From Welwitschia mirabilis (taxonomy: Eukaryota), in the NCBI GenBank assembly GCA_051453625.1, contig JBOZIK010000001.1:5293456-5343433 (forward strand): a stretch of DNA of 49,978 nt, written 5' to 3'. Of the stretch, positions 23,801-36,137 are shown one piece after another. The notes below the pieces were generated by a model, which was not told the origin of the DNA, made no database searches, and worked only from the letters and a program-made list of their open reading frames with translations. The first letter of the stretch is position 1, and every line of letters begins with the position of its first letter. The translations under genes and the position numbers were made by a program.

Positions 23801-25303
23801 TATTTTGTTTTGATGGATCTATTGCTAGGACGAAGCAAAGTATCAATAAGTAAATTTGCAACATTCAAGAGTTGTAGAAAGAGTTTCTAGTTACACTTTG
23901 TTAGAAAAGTACGTTAAATGATCTCTCCAATCCCACCTTAATTTCTTTCCAATTCCCCTCTACATTCATGAGTGACTGCTTTAAGCATTTGAAACAATTT
24001 AGTGCTACATTGTTAGCAAGCATATATAGCTTTGATGTAGTTGAATATGCCACAAATAAATCGTTAGAGTTGCATAGCCAATAGGTGTTTATAGCTCCGA
24101 CGCAATTAACGAAACCCAATACCAATAATTCAAAAACAATGTGCTTAAGACTTCTAGAATTTTTGCAACAATTTTTCATAAGCACAAAAGAGTCATTGGC
24201 TTAGTAGCCTAATTAACAAGCAATCTCATCCCATTGAAATGCATAAACCAAGGGCAAAGCATGAAGGTAGAAAAACCACCTTTTTGCCTTAAGATTTACC
24301 ATATTAGAGGGCTCAAATGGCTGCAAACTTTAATAGAGAACTCAGAAGTAAAGATAACTTTCTCTTGAAAGCAAGCATTTACAAAATCTCTACCAAAACT
24401 TTGAAATGATGAAGACCACTTTATTATTGATTTCTTGAAAAAGGCCATTAGGATCATTGAGTCCTATAAATGCATAAGAAGATGTAAGGGGTGGATGGAA
24501 AGGCTTAAGGTGATGACCGTTGAACTGGTGATGATTCTTTGGATTTTTTGTGAGAAAGACATTGTTTGACAGCTCTTGTTTTACTGTGTATTAACTTAAC
24601 CATTTTGAAACTAATTTCCCAGTAGATAAATGCAATCTCATGATGTACAATAAAACCAAATCTCCTTATGAAAGGTCTTCCGATGGATGTGTTGGTCATG
24701 AAATGTTTTCATTTTCTCCTTGTTGAGTTGCATGTTCTCATTAAGCATCATTTCTAAGCTCATCTAATTCATTGAGTTGGATTTCTCTATGTTTTCCTTC
24801 CATATTAAGGTCTAGATTCATGTATTTGATGGCCCAAGAAGCTTTATGTTCAAGCTCTAGCGATAGCTGACAAGCTTTACCATAAACCAACTTAAATGGT
24901 GACATTCCTAATGGAGTTTTGTATGCAATCTTGGAAACACATAAAACATCATTTAATTTGTAGGACAAATCTTTCCTAATTGAACTTACCACTTTTTACA
25001 AAATGTTCTTGATCTCCCTATTGGTAACCACAACTTGTCTGCTAGTTTGGGCATGGTAAGTTGTAGCAACTTTGTGAGTGGCTCCATGTTTGGCAAGAAG
25101 CTTGTTGAAAATTCTATTACAAAAGTGAGAGCCATCAGCATTGCTCAAGACTCTTAGACAACCAAATCTAGATAGAATGTGTTCCTTAAAGAATTTCACT
25201 ATGGTTTGGGCATCATTGTCTTCATAAACATAGGCTTCGATCCATTTAGTGACATAGTCAACACAAACTAGGATGTATCAGTGTCCATTCAAAGGAGGGC
25301 AAG
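20801..25303 (-). mobile_element. Athila-like Gypsy 3' half: integrase, long 3' UTR, PPT and 3' LTR (~20801-22467)
   Basis: Integrase YILVCVDYVTKWIEA, ILSRFG...DGSHFCN, HKVATTYHAQTS and AYKTPLGMSPFKLVYGKACQL. Minus-strand PPT TTGGGGGA followed by TGATGATATGC at 22467. Left end is approximate and spans an N gap. Confidence 0.8.
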
Positions 25304-25664
25304 TTCCTTCATTTGGATAGCCAATCACTAGTTAAACTGGCTCTAATTTTATTTCTACTAGTCTGCGAAGCACAATTTTCTATTCATCTGGATTGAAAAT
25401 AGCATTATAATCAAATAAATGTACCATTCTAGCTAAAGCTTTGTTGTCTGGGTTCACGTCATAAAACCATCCTTGTTCTTGAAATTTAGAAACAATCTTT
25501 ATTTTATGTCTATAGGATTCATAATCTATCTTTCATTCTAGAGCAGTGGGCCTCTTCAAAAAACAACTCAATCAGGTTTTTCTTCATTCTAGAGACAAGA
25601 ACCAATCTTCTTCTGAGGTAGTCTCTTTTCCTATTCCGGAGGTAATAAGCTTGCTTCTGACCAT
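25304..25664 (-). pseudogene. Env-like ORF N-terminal fragment of Sirevirus copy 2
   Basis: MVRSKLITSGIGKETTSEEDWFLS...KIDYESYRHKIKIVSKFQEQGW...YNAIFNP is homologous to ORF 48371-48799. Confidence 0.85.
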
Positions 25665-27691
25665 GGTGGTTGATAGAAGATGGCATAGGAAGTGGAAGAT
25701 AGAAAGTTAGTGGGGTACAATGAAAAATACTGGTGAATGGTTGAAAATTAGAGATTGAGATGTTTAAAACACCATAGAGAAGGCATCCATGGACATTTGC
25801 ATTTGCGTGATAGAGCAAACATCAGGGTTTGAGATAGTGGATGGCCAAGTTGTAAAACCCAGACTTTTGCAAAAAGAGGAATAATAGACTTCTGGGTTTT
25901 AAATACGGGACATCTGGGATCAAGATTATGCAAAGTTTAGCTTAGAAAAAGGCAAAATTCTAGTACAAGCTAATCTAGACGAGAGAATTTGACATGACTA
26001 GGNNNNNNNNNNNNNNNNNNNNNNNNNNNNNNNNNNNNNNNNNNNNNNNNNNNNNNNNNNNNNNNNNNNNNNNNNNNNNNNNNNNNNNNNNNNNNNNNNN
26101 NNNNNNNNNNNNNNNNNNNNNNNNNNNNNNNNNNNNNNNNNNNNNNNNNNNNNNNNNNNNNNNNNNNNNNNNNNNNNNNNNNNNNNNNNNNNNNNNNNNN
26201 NNNNNNNNNNNNNNNNNNNNNNNNNNNNNNNNNNNNNNNNNNNNNNNNNNNNNNNNNNNNNNNNNNNNNNNNNNNNNNNNNNNNNNNNNNNNNNNNNNNN
26301 NNNNNNNNNNNNNNNNNNNNNNNNNNNNNNNNNNNNNNNNNNNNNNNNNNNNNNNNNNNNNNNNNNNNNNNNNNNNNNNNNNNNNNNNNNNNNNNNNNNN
26401 NNNNNNNNNNNNNNNNNNNNNNNNNNNNNNNNNNNNNNNNNNNNNNNNNNNNNNNNNNNNNNNNNNNNNNNNNNNNNNNNNNNNNNNNNNNNNNNNNNNN
26501 NNNNNNNNNNNNNNNNNNNNNNNNNNNNNNNNNNNNNNNNNNNNNNNNNNNNNNNNNNNNNNNNNNNNNNNNNNNNNNNNNNNNNNNNNNNNNNNNNNNN
26601 NNNNNNNNNNNNNNNNNNNNNNNNNNNNNNNNNNNNNNNNNNNNNNNNNNNNNNNNNNNNNNNNNNNNNNNNNNNNNNNNNNNNNNNNNNNNNNNNNNNN
26701 NNNNNNNNNNNNNNNNNNNNNNNNNNNNNNNNNNNNNNNNNNNNNNNNNNNNNNNNNNNNNNNNNNNNNNNNNNNNNNNNNNNNNNNNNNNNNNNNNNNN
26801 NNNNNNNNNNNNNNNNNNNNNNNNNNNNNNNNNNNNNNNNNNNNNNNNNNNNNNNNNNNNNNNGTCAAGTATTCAAGTTGTTTAGGATTCTTGACTTATG
26901 AGATCAATTTCGATAGTGACAGAGGTAGGTTCAATTAAAAAAAATTGAAATTTTTTAAGCTATATGGGGACAGCCCCTATGCCTAGATTCTTTTTATGAA
27001 AGACAAATCTCTCTTTGCTTAACTATTTGTCATGATGTTAGTGATTTGATCATTCATTGAAATATACTCTAATCAAATCACTTGACACTGAAGTTGTTCA
27101 CACATAAAATGATGTCTAATGTCAATATGTTTAGTTTTGGAGTGTTGGACTAGATTTTTGGTGATGTTAAGAGCACTAGCGTTATCACAATAGAGTTTGA
27201 TTGTGCCCATTTTAGCATCAAAATCTACCATCATTTGTTTCATCCATAACAGTTGTGAACAACAAGAACTTACAACAGCATACTCAGGTTCAACTATAGA
27301 CAAGGATGTGGTTCTATGCTTCTTGCATAGCCAAGAAACTAGGCAATTACCCATATAAAAGCAAGCTTCACTAGTACTCTTTTTGTCATCTACACATCTA
27401 GCACAATCTATCTCACTATAACTCACAAGATCAAGCATGGTGTCATTAGAACACCACAACCCATAGTTCTACATATGCTTAAGATATTGTAGAATTCTCT
27501 TAACACATACCAAATGCAATTCTCTAGGATTTGATTGATATCTTGCACAAATCCCGATAGTAAGGATGATTGCAATTACATATAACTGACTACCGATTAG
27601 ACCTTTATATACTTTTTGATCTACCTTTTTGCCTAACTCATCTTTACTGATTTTAGGATTGGTTAAAGAAGTCTTGGAATCCTTGGAATTA

Positions 27692-28985
27692 TCCATTTAA
27701 TACTTATTCAATACTTCTTGGGATGTATTTGGATTGATTAATGAGTATTCCATCATCAAGTTGTTTAATTTGAAGTCCTAAAAAGAAATTTAGCTCACCA
27801 ACTCAACTCATTTTGAATTCCTTTTGCATAAGTTCGACAACATTCTGAGCAAGAAAATTCTTTGTTGATCCAAATAGTATGTTATCTACGTTAATTTGAA
27901 CAATTAGAATATCTTTGTTTTCATGTCTCATAAACAAGGTTATATCTATATTTCCCTTAGAAAATCCATTTGAAACTAAAAATGAATTTAATCTATCAAA
28001 CCAAACTCTTGGATCTTGTCTTAGTCCAGACAAAGCTTGTTCAATTTGTAAACATGATCAAAAAATTTGGGATCAACAAAATCATGGTGTTGAGCAACAT
28101 ATACTTCTTCATTGACATAGCCATTAAGAATACCATTTTTAATATCCATCTGATATAATCTAATATGTTCCTTCTTGCTGACTCTAATCTTGAGCTACCA
28201 ATCTAGCCTTGTTCTAAATTATATTGTGATTTTTGTCCTTCTTATTGTTAAAGGTCCATTTTGTTCCTGTGACATATTTCCCTTCAAGAACTGAAACTAA
28301 ATTCCAAACTTTGTTGTATTTAAGTTAATTCATACTTGGCATTAGCCATTTAATACTTAGTCAACACTTCTTGGATGTAATTGGATTGATTAATGAATAT
28401 TCCATCTTCAAGTTGTTTAATCTAAAGTCCTAAAAAGAAATTTAGCTCACCAACTCAACTCATTTTAAATTCCTTTTGCATAAGTTTGCAACATTCTGAG
28501 TAAGAGAATTCCATGTTGATCCAAATAGTATGTCATCTACATTAATTTGAACAATTAGAATATCTTGATTTTCAAGTCTTATAAACAAGGTTAGATCTAC
28601 ATTTCCCTTAGAAAATCCATTTGAAACTAAAAATGAATTTAATCTTTCAAACCAAACCCTTGGAGCTTGTTTTAGACCATAAAAATCTTGTTCAATTTGT
28701 AAACATGATAAAAAAATTTGGGATCAACAAAACCATGGTGTTGAACAATGTATACTTCTTCATTGACATAGCCATTAAGAATAGCACTCTTAATATCCAT
28801 CTGATATAATCTAATCTGTTTCTTCTTGCTGACTCACCTTGAACTACCAATCTAGCCTTGTTCTAAATCACATTGTGATTTTTGTCCTCCTTATTGTTAA
28901 ACATCCATTTTGTTCCTATGACATATTTCCCTTCAGGAACTGGAACTAAATTCCAAACTTTGTTGCATTTAAATTAATTCAGTTC
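27692..28985 (-). repeat. ~650-bp tandem duplication within reverse transcriptase
   Basis: 27692-28345 and 28346-28985 both begin ccatttaatactta and align throughout; compare the ORFs at 27970 and 28621 (MKLKMNLI...). Confidence 0.9.
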
Positions 28986-31900
28986 TTGTTGCACAGCAAA
29001 CAACGAAGCTTCATCATATTTGGCTTCTTGAAATCTCTTGAGTTCTAGAGAAAATAGGAAACATAAAAAATTGTGGCTCTGTGTGTTTTTCACTTCTCGT
29101 AGTTGTCCCTTGTTTTGGATTACTAAAGATTTTTTTGAGGGTGATATCTCTTTGTCCTAAAGAGAAGAGATGAGCTTTTTTTTGTGTTATCTACTCATTT
29201 GATTTTGATATTGATGGTTCATCATGAATTTTGGAAGTAGAGATTTCAACAATGTTATCAGTATTTCTATTTATGGGCAAACCATCTTGTTTTGAGCCTT
29301 CTACTTTAACATGGACAGATCCTTCTACTCTGCATGTTGTTTTATTGTAAGCTCTATATAATTTGCTGGTTCTTGAGTAGCCCCAAAATATCCCATCATC
29401 TGTGTTGGATTCAAACTTGCCTGTTGGTCCTTTATTTTCAAGGATTAAACACTTACCAAAAAAAACTTTGAAATAACTTACAATAGGTTTCTTCCCATTC
29501 CATAATTCATATGAAGTTTTACTGGTCCTTAGTTGTAGAAAGACTCTGTTTCTTATGTAAAAAGCAGTATTTACAGTTTTAGCCTAAAAATGTTGTCGTA
29601 TTGCTTGTTCATCGAGCAATGTTCTTGTCATTTCAATGAGGACCTTATTTTTTCGTTCAGCTACACCATTTTGTTGAGGTGTTCTTGGAGCAAAGAATTG
29701 ATGAAAAATTCCATTTGAATCACAATATTGCTAAATTTGTCATTCATATTCTTCTCTCTATCAGATCGAATCATTTTACTGGTGTACCCCTTTTCATTTT
29801 GGATTCTTTTGCAGATTTTGACAAACACCTCAAAGGCTTCATCCTTATTTGAAAGAAATGAAACGGTATTGGGAAAAGTCATCAACCATAATTAGGAAAT
29901 ACTTTTACGCCAATGCTTCTAGTTTATGTTGGTCCCACCAAATCCAGGTGAATTAAATCCAACGATCCAATAGAAGTTGTAACCCATGTGAATTAAATGT
30001 AACGGTCTAACAAAAGATGTATCCTCCTTACATTTAAAGGTTGAATAGGGAAGCTTCCCTTTGAGACATGAATCACATACTTTAGCTTGAGACACATTGA
30101 GCTTGAGAACTCTCCTCTCTGGTAGAGATATTTTTTAAGCATNNNNNNNNNNNNNNNNNNNNNNNNNNNNNNNNNNNNNNNNNNNNNNNNNNNNNNNNNN
30201 NNNNNNNNNNNNNNNNNNNNNNNNNNNNNNNNNNNNNNNNNNNNNNNNNNNNNNNNNNNNNNNNNNNNNNNNNNNNNNNNNNNNNNNNNNNNNNNNNNNN
30301 NNNNNNNNNNNNNNNNNNNNNNNNNNNNNNNNNNNNNNNNNNNNNNNNNNNNNNNNNNNNNNNNNNNNNNNNNNNNNNNNNNNNNNNNNNNNNNNNNNNN
30401 NNNNNNNNNNNNNNNNNNNNNNNNNNNNNNNNNNNNNNNNNNNNNNNNNNNNNNNNNNNNNNNNNNNNNNNNNNNNNNNNNNNNNNNNNNNNNNNNNNNN
30501 NNNNNNNNNNNNNNNNNNNNNNNNNNNNNNNNNNNNNNNNNNNNNNNNNNNNNNNNNNNNNNNNNNNNNNNNNNNNNNNNNNNNNNNNNNNNNNNNNNNN
30601 NNNNNNNNNNNNNNNNNNNNNNNNNNNNNNNNNNCTTACCTTTGAGACATGAATCACATACTTTAGCTTGAGACACATTGAATTTGGGAACTTTCTTACT
30701 TACTCTTTGGTAGAAATATTTTTTAAGTCTTTGAGATTCTTGTAGCCTACTCTTCTACGTCAGAGTTTGACGTCTTCTTCATTAGCCATGAAGCATTTTT
30801 CTCCTAGTCGTTTATCACTTCTTAGCACATACATACACTTAGATCTACAACTAGCAAGAATAATAGTATCGGTGGCAGTGCTTCAAACAACACACTTATC
30901 TTGGTGAAAAGATACCATATTTCCTTTATTACAAATTTGCGATATACTAAGTAGGTTATGCGTCAGCCCATCCACAAGGTAAACATAATTTATGGTTGGA
31001 TTGTGTTTGGTGGCTATAGTGGACCTTTTACCAATTATATGCCCTTTACTGTTATCACCAATCATTACTTTGCCACTATCATATTCTTGAAATGAGGTGA
31101 GTAAATTTGTATCTGTAGTCATGTGTCTAGAACAACCACTATCAAGATAGCACTTTGTTCTCTCTTGAGCCATAAAAGCAGCATATGCAAATAAGTATAT
31201 AGTAGTTTTCTTCCTAACCCATTGAAAGTTGCCTTTTTTATTGTGTTAATTGAAGGGCTTTCTAATAAATCTCACATCATCATTGAATCCGAAATAAAAT
31301 GACTTTTTGTGGGGACAAGAAAATTGAATGTGATCATACTTGTTGCAATAGTGCCATCTTAAGCTCACTTTACCAGATGAGCGATATTAAATACTAGGAG
31401 CAAATTTTTGAAGAGGTGGTGCCATACTATTAGAGCTACCTATTCTAGATTCATCATAAGGATTTCGTCCTATACCCAATAGTTCATTCAAATTATCTCT
31501 TCCCTAAGTTAAACAATTTGCAATAAATTTTGCGTCTCGAAGTTCTCTTGTTAAAGAATCTATTTTGTTGTTTGCTTCTCTTAATATGCTTTCTAAGTAA
31601 TCTACAAATTTCTTGGACATAACATTTTTCTTGCCTAGATCTATGCTAAGCATATACAATTTTTCATAAGTGTCCAATAATTCATTGTATTTAAAAATTA
31701 AAATCTAAATCATCACAATCTTCAAAACTGTTTTCAGAAGATATATGTTGATTTTCGAAGGAAGGACTACTAGCGGTAAAACAACATTGAGTTGGGGTAC
31801 TTATCTCATTTGCTACAACAAGAAGCTCAAAGCTCAGGAATCCTTCATCATCACTTGAGCTAGCATTGCCTACTTTTAAGTCATTGTCCTAAGTTGGTTT

Positions 31901-32120
31901 CAACACCATTTTTTCCCTTTTCCTTTTGCTCTTTCATCCTTCTTCTTATTTGTGCATTTTGAAGCTACATGCCCAATGATTAAAATGTCCCGACATGTTG
32001 CCAAAAAAGGGCGCCATGTANNNNNNNNNNNNNNNNNNNNNNNNNNNNNNNNNNNNNNNNNNNNNNNNNNNNNNNNNNNNNNNNNNNNNNNNNNNNNNNN
32101 NNNNNNNNNNNNNNNNNNNN

Positions 32121-32825
32121 TATCTTCTTTGGTATTGAAAATAAAATGCAACAATCCATCTCTAAGAGGAATTACCTTACAAGTTGTAGGAAATTTCTAG
32201 TTAGACTATAAACACAATTTTTCTTTGAACGGGAGGCCTTCTGAAGATTGAAATTTACCAATAAGACTGTTTTTGAATTGAGCCTCCAAATGCTTAGAGT
32301 AGTTCATAGGCATCTTTGCATGGAAGGTGTCGCCTTCATGCTTGAAGCCAAAGTCCAAGTTGGGGAAACTTTGAGGATTGCTTCCCCTTACCGATGTCAC
32401 ATAAGATCTCATACCAGAGGATTCTATTGCCATTGAAGAGCCAAAAGGGCCTCTACTACCTTGGACACCTTTGATCCACTTTAGCCTGCCCTTTTGGGTT
32501 TTTGAGGTTTGTGAGTCATCAATTTAGAAACATCCCCTCAGGGGTAGGAAAATTGACGTGAGGTCTAACCATATTTTACTGCGCCCTTTTGAGTTTTTAC
32601 AGTAGAAAGCGTCACCAAGGAGTTAACATTCAACGCGCCGCACCAAAAAAAAACTCGACATCGCCTTCAGAAGATCTCCGACTAAAGAACACTTGTGCAA
32701 GATACCTGCAAAAGAGACGAACATACCAGCGCATTGAAGACGCACTAGTTTTACCCAAGAAAACACCCCTCACATTTCCATAGTGCTCCCTGCAGTGAAA
32801 CCCTAGCTTAACTATTATGCTTTGC
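32121..32825 (-). mobile_element. L1 LINE 5' fragment (5' UTR plus ORF1 N-terminus, DUF4283-like)
   Basis: Minus-strand RSYVTSV...EAQFKNSLIGKF and KVIPLRDGLLHFIFNTKED resemble plant L1 ORF1 motifs (KNSLIGKF, GFFLFRF..EED). Confidence 0.6.
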
Positions 32826-33842
32826 TCTGCTCTACTTGAGATAAGCTAAAAGATCCTTTCTGCTTTAACTTTAAAGTGTTTAAACATTTCAAAGACTTTG
32901 TCTTTCAAAGGGATAAAAAATAGCCATATCTTGCGATTAAAATCATTGATAAAATTGACAAAATAAAAAGCACCTCTTAATGACTTAACATGCATGGGTC
33001 CAACAACATTAGAATAGATCATGCCAAGTTTATGACTACTATTGCTATCAGAAATAGATTTCTTAAAGTTCACATCTTTTTACTTAGCTATTGCATAATC
33101 TTCATAGAAACCTAATGAAACATAATTAAACTTTGGTCACAAGTTTTTAGATATGCTAGTAAGATATGTCTTGATCATTAATCACAACCACCATGCCTCC
33201 CACTGCATCTCCATCAATGAATATAAAGTTTCTTCTTTCTATTCCTTTGCCAAAACCAAGACTTCTTTTGTGATCTTCTAGCTTTTAGCTCTAAAGTATA
33301 TAGAACAACCACTAGCGTCAAGTTGACTTACTGGAATTAGATCCTTTGTGAGCTGAGGTACATGGCAAACATCTTTTAGCAATAGCTTTCTGCCATCGAA
33401 TCCTTGCAGCATGATAGATCCAACTCTTTTGATCTCACATCGTCGATTATCACTAAGATAAACATATTAATTTGAAGCGTTTAGGCATGTGGAAAGTAGG
33501 GAAGCATCTAGGCAAATGCGAAATGATTCACCAAATCCAAAATCTAGATGTTGGGAGCAAAATACCATGAAATGTTCACTTCATTGTTGCTAACAATTAA
33601 CACAACATCCACATCCCCATCTGAAATTTCACATTGACCACTTTCTTGGCCTTGCTAATGATGTCCTTTACCATCACTACTGGCCTTATCTTTTTTGTTT
33701 TTATTTATTCTTTAATTTGTAGCAGTCACGGAACACATGGCCTTTTTTCTTACGATACCAACATTTAGGGTACCAACATTTAGGGTCCTTATTTGTAGCC
33801 CTTCCTCTACTTTAACTGTGACCCCACCATCTACCTCTTGAT
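32826..33842 (-). mobile_element. LTR-less Copia (Tork/Tnt1-like) gag-protease-integrase fragment
   Basis: Zinc knuckle KCWYRKKKGHVFRDCYK (with a 15-bp tandem duplication at ~33756-33788), ILDFGESFRIC protease remnant and integrase YSNVVGPMHVKSLRGAFYFVNFINDFNRKIW. Confidence 0.8.
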
Positions 33843-34287
33843 CACTGAGTAAAATGTCGCGACATGTCGCCAATTTGAAAATGTCTTCAAGTCGGCTGAC
33901 ATTTTCAGCCGACATTTTGAAAAAGTCGCCGACATTTACTACATTTCCGACTTTTTGCCGACATATTGCCGACTTTTTCAAAATGTCTCAGACAGGTACT
34001 GTTGAAACTGTTTTCTGGCCAAAAAAAACCATTTTCTGCACAACAAACCAGTGAATAATGAGAAAAATTGAAGGGAAAAATCACAAGTTTTCCATGAAAA
34101 ATACATTTCCGCCACTAGAGCATTGATTAGTTGCACATCTCATAAAATTAATAAGCTTTGCATTTTTTTGAGAAAAACAATTGCCGAGATTTTGCTTCGA
34201 CATATTGCCGACACAATGGCGACATGTCTCCCCGACACGACTTTTTGAGTCTGCCGACATTTTAATTTGCTGACATTTTACTCATTG
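33843..34287. mobile_element. hAT-type MITE (445 bp)
   Basis: TIRs CACTGAGTAAAATGTC / GACATTTTACTCATTG; many subterminal GCCGACA/TGTCG repeats; no coding capacity. Confidence 0.85.
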
Positions 34288-35017
34288 TACATGCCTAAAA
34301 CATTTACATTCATAAGATTGAATAAATGAAGAAGAACTCTTACTTTTAATTCCTTCACTCTCCTATGCTCAATATTCTTGCTCTCCTCAATAGATGTAGT
34401 CTCTAGTCTGAATTTGGGAGTTAGGTGTCTGAGGATTTTCTGAACAACTCTGTTCTCGGGAACTCTCTCTCCAAGTCCCCACATACTATTAATTATGTTG
34501 CTGACTTTGGTTGTATACTCTGCCACTCATTTGGATTCTTCCATTTTGATGTTCTTGAACTTGGTGGTAAGCAATTGCAACTTTGTATTCTTGACCACGT
34601 TTGTGCCTTCATGCACAATCTTGGGGGTTCCCCACATATCTTTTGCCATTGTGCATTGTAGCACTTGATCATATTCTTTGTTCGATAATGCAGAAATGAT
34701 TGCATTCATTGCTCATGCATTGAGTTGAGCCTTCCCCTTGTCATCTAGATCCCAACTACTACTTGGCTTCAAAGAGATGGTACCATCATTGCTTATTGCA
34801 GTTGGAAGTTAGTAACGTCTTAGGACCATTTCCCAAATATCTGGATCAAGGAAAGTCATGAAGATTGTCATTTTTGACTTCCAATGCATATAATTTATAC
34901 CAGTGAAAAATGGGGGTCTCGTAACCGTCAGTGCTTTTGGATACTCTAGGTAGCTCGAGGATGCCATTATCTTTTAGACCTATAACACTAAAATGCGAGT
35001 AGATCTAAAGCAATCAG

Positions 35018-35029
35018 GCTCCGATACCA
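35018..35029 (-). other. Primer binding site (tRNA-iMet) of Sirevirus copy 2
   Basis: Reverse complement TGGTATCGGAGC adjacent to the LTR end at 35032. Confidence 0.9.
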
Positions 35030-35031
35030 AT

Positions 35032-36137
35032 TGTTAAGATTCTATTGGCAACCCAGAGGGGGTGTGAATATGGTATAGTGAAAATTATGACTTTTTATAA
35101 GTTATAATTGACGAGATATAGAATAATACTTAAGCAAACAACAACTATATGAATCAAACCAAATGGAAAAATAAAACCAAGCAAAAGAATGCACCCAATT
35201 TTATGATGGTTCTGCACTATGCCTACTCCATTCTCATGGGGCAGCAACAACTCTCAGTCTCCTCGTTCCTTTAGGCCTTCCAAATAATCATACAACACCT
35301 GTCTCAAGGGTTACAAACTCTTATAGGGCTCTTCTCACAAGGGACTTTACAACATTGCTCATTCGAGAGCATACAACAAATCAACAAAGGTATATTGTGA
35401 TGATATATGTGCCTTATCATGCACTAGCGATATTTTACAACAACTGAGCAAGGAAAAAAAAAAGTCTCAGTGAGGTACAACAGAACAATAGCTTTTTTAG
35501 AATAGTTTGAAACAATACAAAATTATCATCAGGTGCAAATTGCTATCATAATGACTCACACACATTTATAGAGGCCCTTGAAATATAGTTGTTAGAAACT
35601 CATATAGCATGCCTTAGACTTTCATTGGTGTGCCCATAGAATCGTTTGACCGTTTGTGCTTTGATTTGCTCAACCCAACGTCCATGAAGATCATATTTCT
35701 ACTTCAACCTTTGCCTATCCGGATGTTCCATTCTAAAAGACTAGATGTCCCAGTTTTAATATAGAGTTTTTGTCAATGTTGGGAATGGTCCCGGACGTCT
35801 TGGTCTCATAGGGTCAATGTCCCCATATCTGTAGACTGAACTCAAGCCAGACATTCTAGTTTCACAAGGTAGATGTTTCAATATGTGTAGATCGAAGGTT
35901 TCACAGTGCGAATGTCCCAATATGTGCAAACCGAAGGTTTCACAAGGCAAATGTCCCTAGTATGTTGCCCATTAGATTTCTTAGTTTGTTTAGTTTCGGT
36001 TGCTCTGCTTAGCTTCAACTGCCTCCTCCAGTCTGTAGGTAGCTTCCTAGTAATGTTCCATGTCTATATTACTTGGCAGGAGTTCTAGATTGATCTCTTT
36101 GGATGAACAATCATCATTGAAACCCATTTCTCCAACA
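35032..36137 (-). repeat. 5' LTR of Sirevirus copy 2
   Basis: Minus strand reads TGTTGGAGAAATGGGTTTCAATGATG...CTTAACA, with a C-rich end motif and GGACGTC/GATGTCC palindromes. Confidence 0.9.

Larger units (their letters stand above)
31974..34287. mobile_element. Composite hAT-type non-autonomous transposon with cargo
   Basis: Left TIR CAATGATTAAAATGTC (31974), right TIR GACATTTTACTCATTG (34272-34287), perfect 8-bp TSD TACATGCC (31966-31973 and 34288-34295). It splits the Sirevirus gag zinc knuckle. Confidence 0.85.
25304..36137 (-). mobile_element. Sirevirus copy 2 (3'-truncated, with nested insertion)
   Basis: 5' LTR 35032-36137, PBS, gag ATG at 34967 (MASSS...RPPFFTGINYMHWKSKM), protease CYLDSGCSRHM (~31150), integrase, RT, RNase H (27073-27459) and env-like start at 25664. 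No 3' LTR. Confidence 0.9.

Noticed and set aside
21062-26938. Long ORFs of 230-314 aa in the ORF track (also 29993-30678 and 49020-49530)
   Set aside because: Composed almost entirely of X from N gaps.
30050-30726. Repeat on both sides of the gap (30054-30140 versus 30635-30726)
   Set aside because: Gap-adjacent, so a real duplication cannot be told apart from an allelic or assembly artefact.
33712-34054. Overlapping ORFs within the MITE
   Set aside because: Arise from GCCGACA repeats; no transposase motifs.
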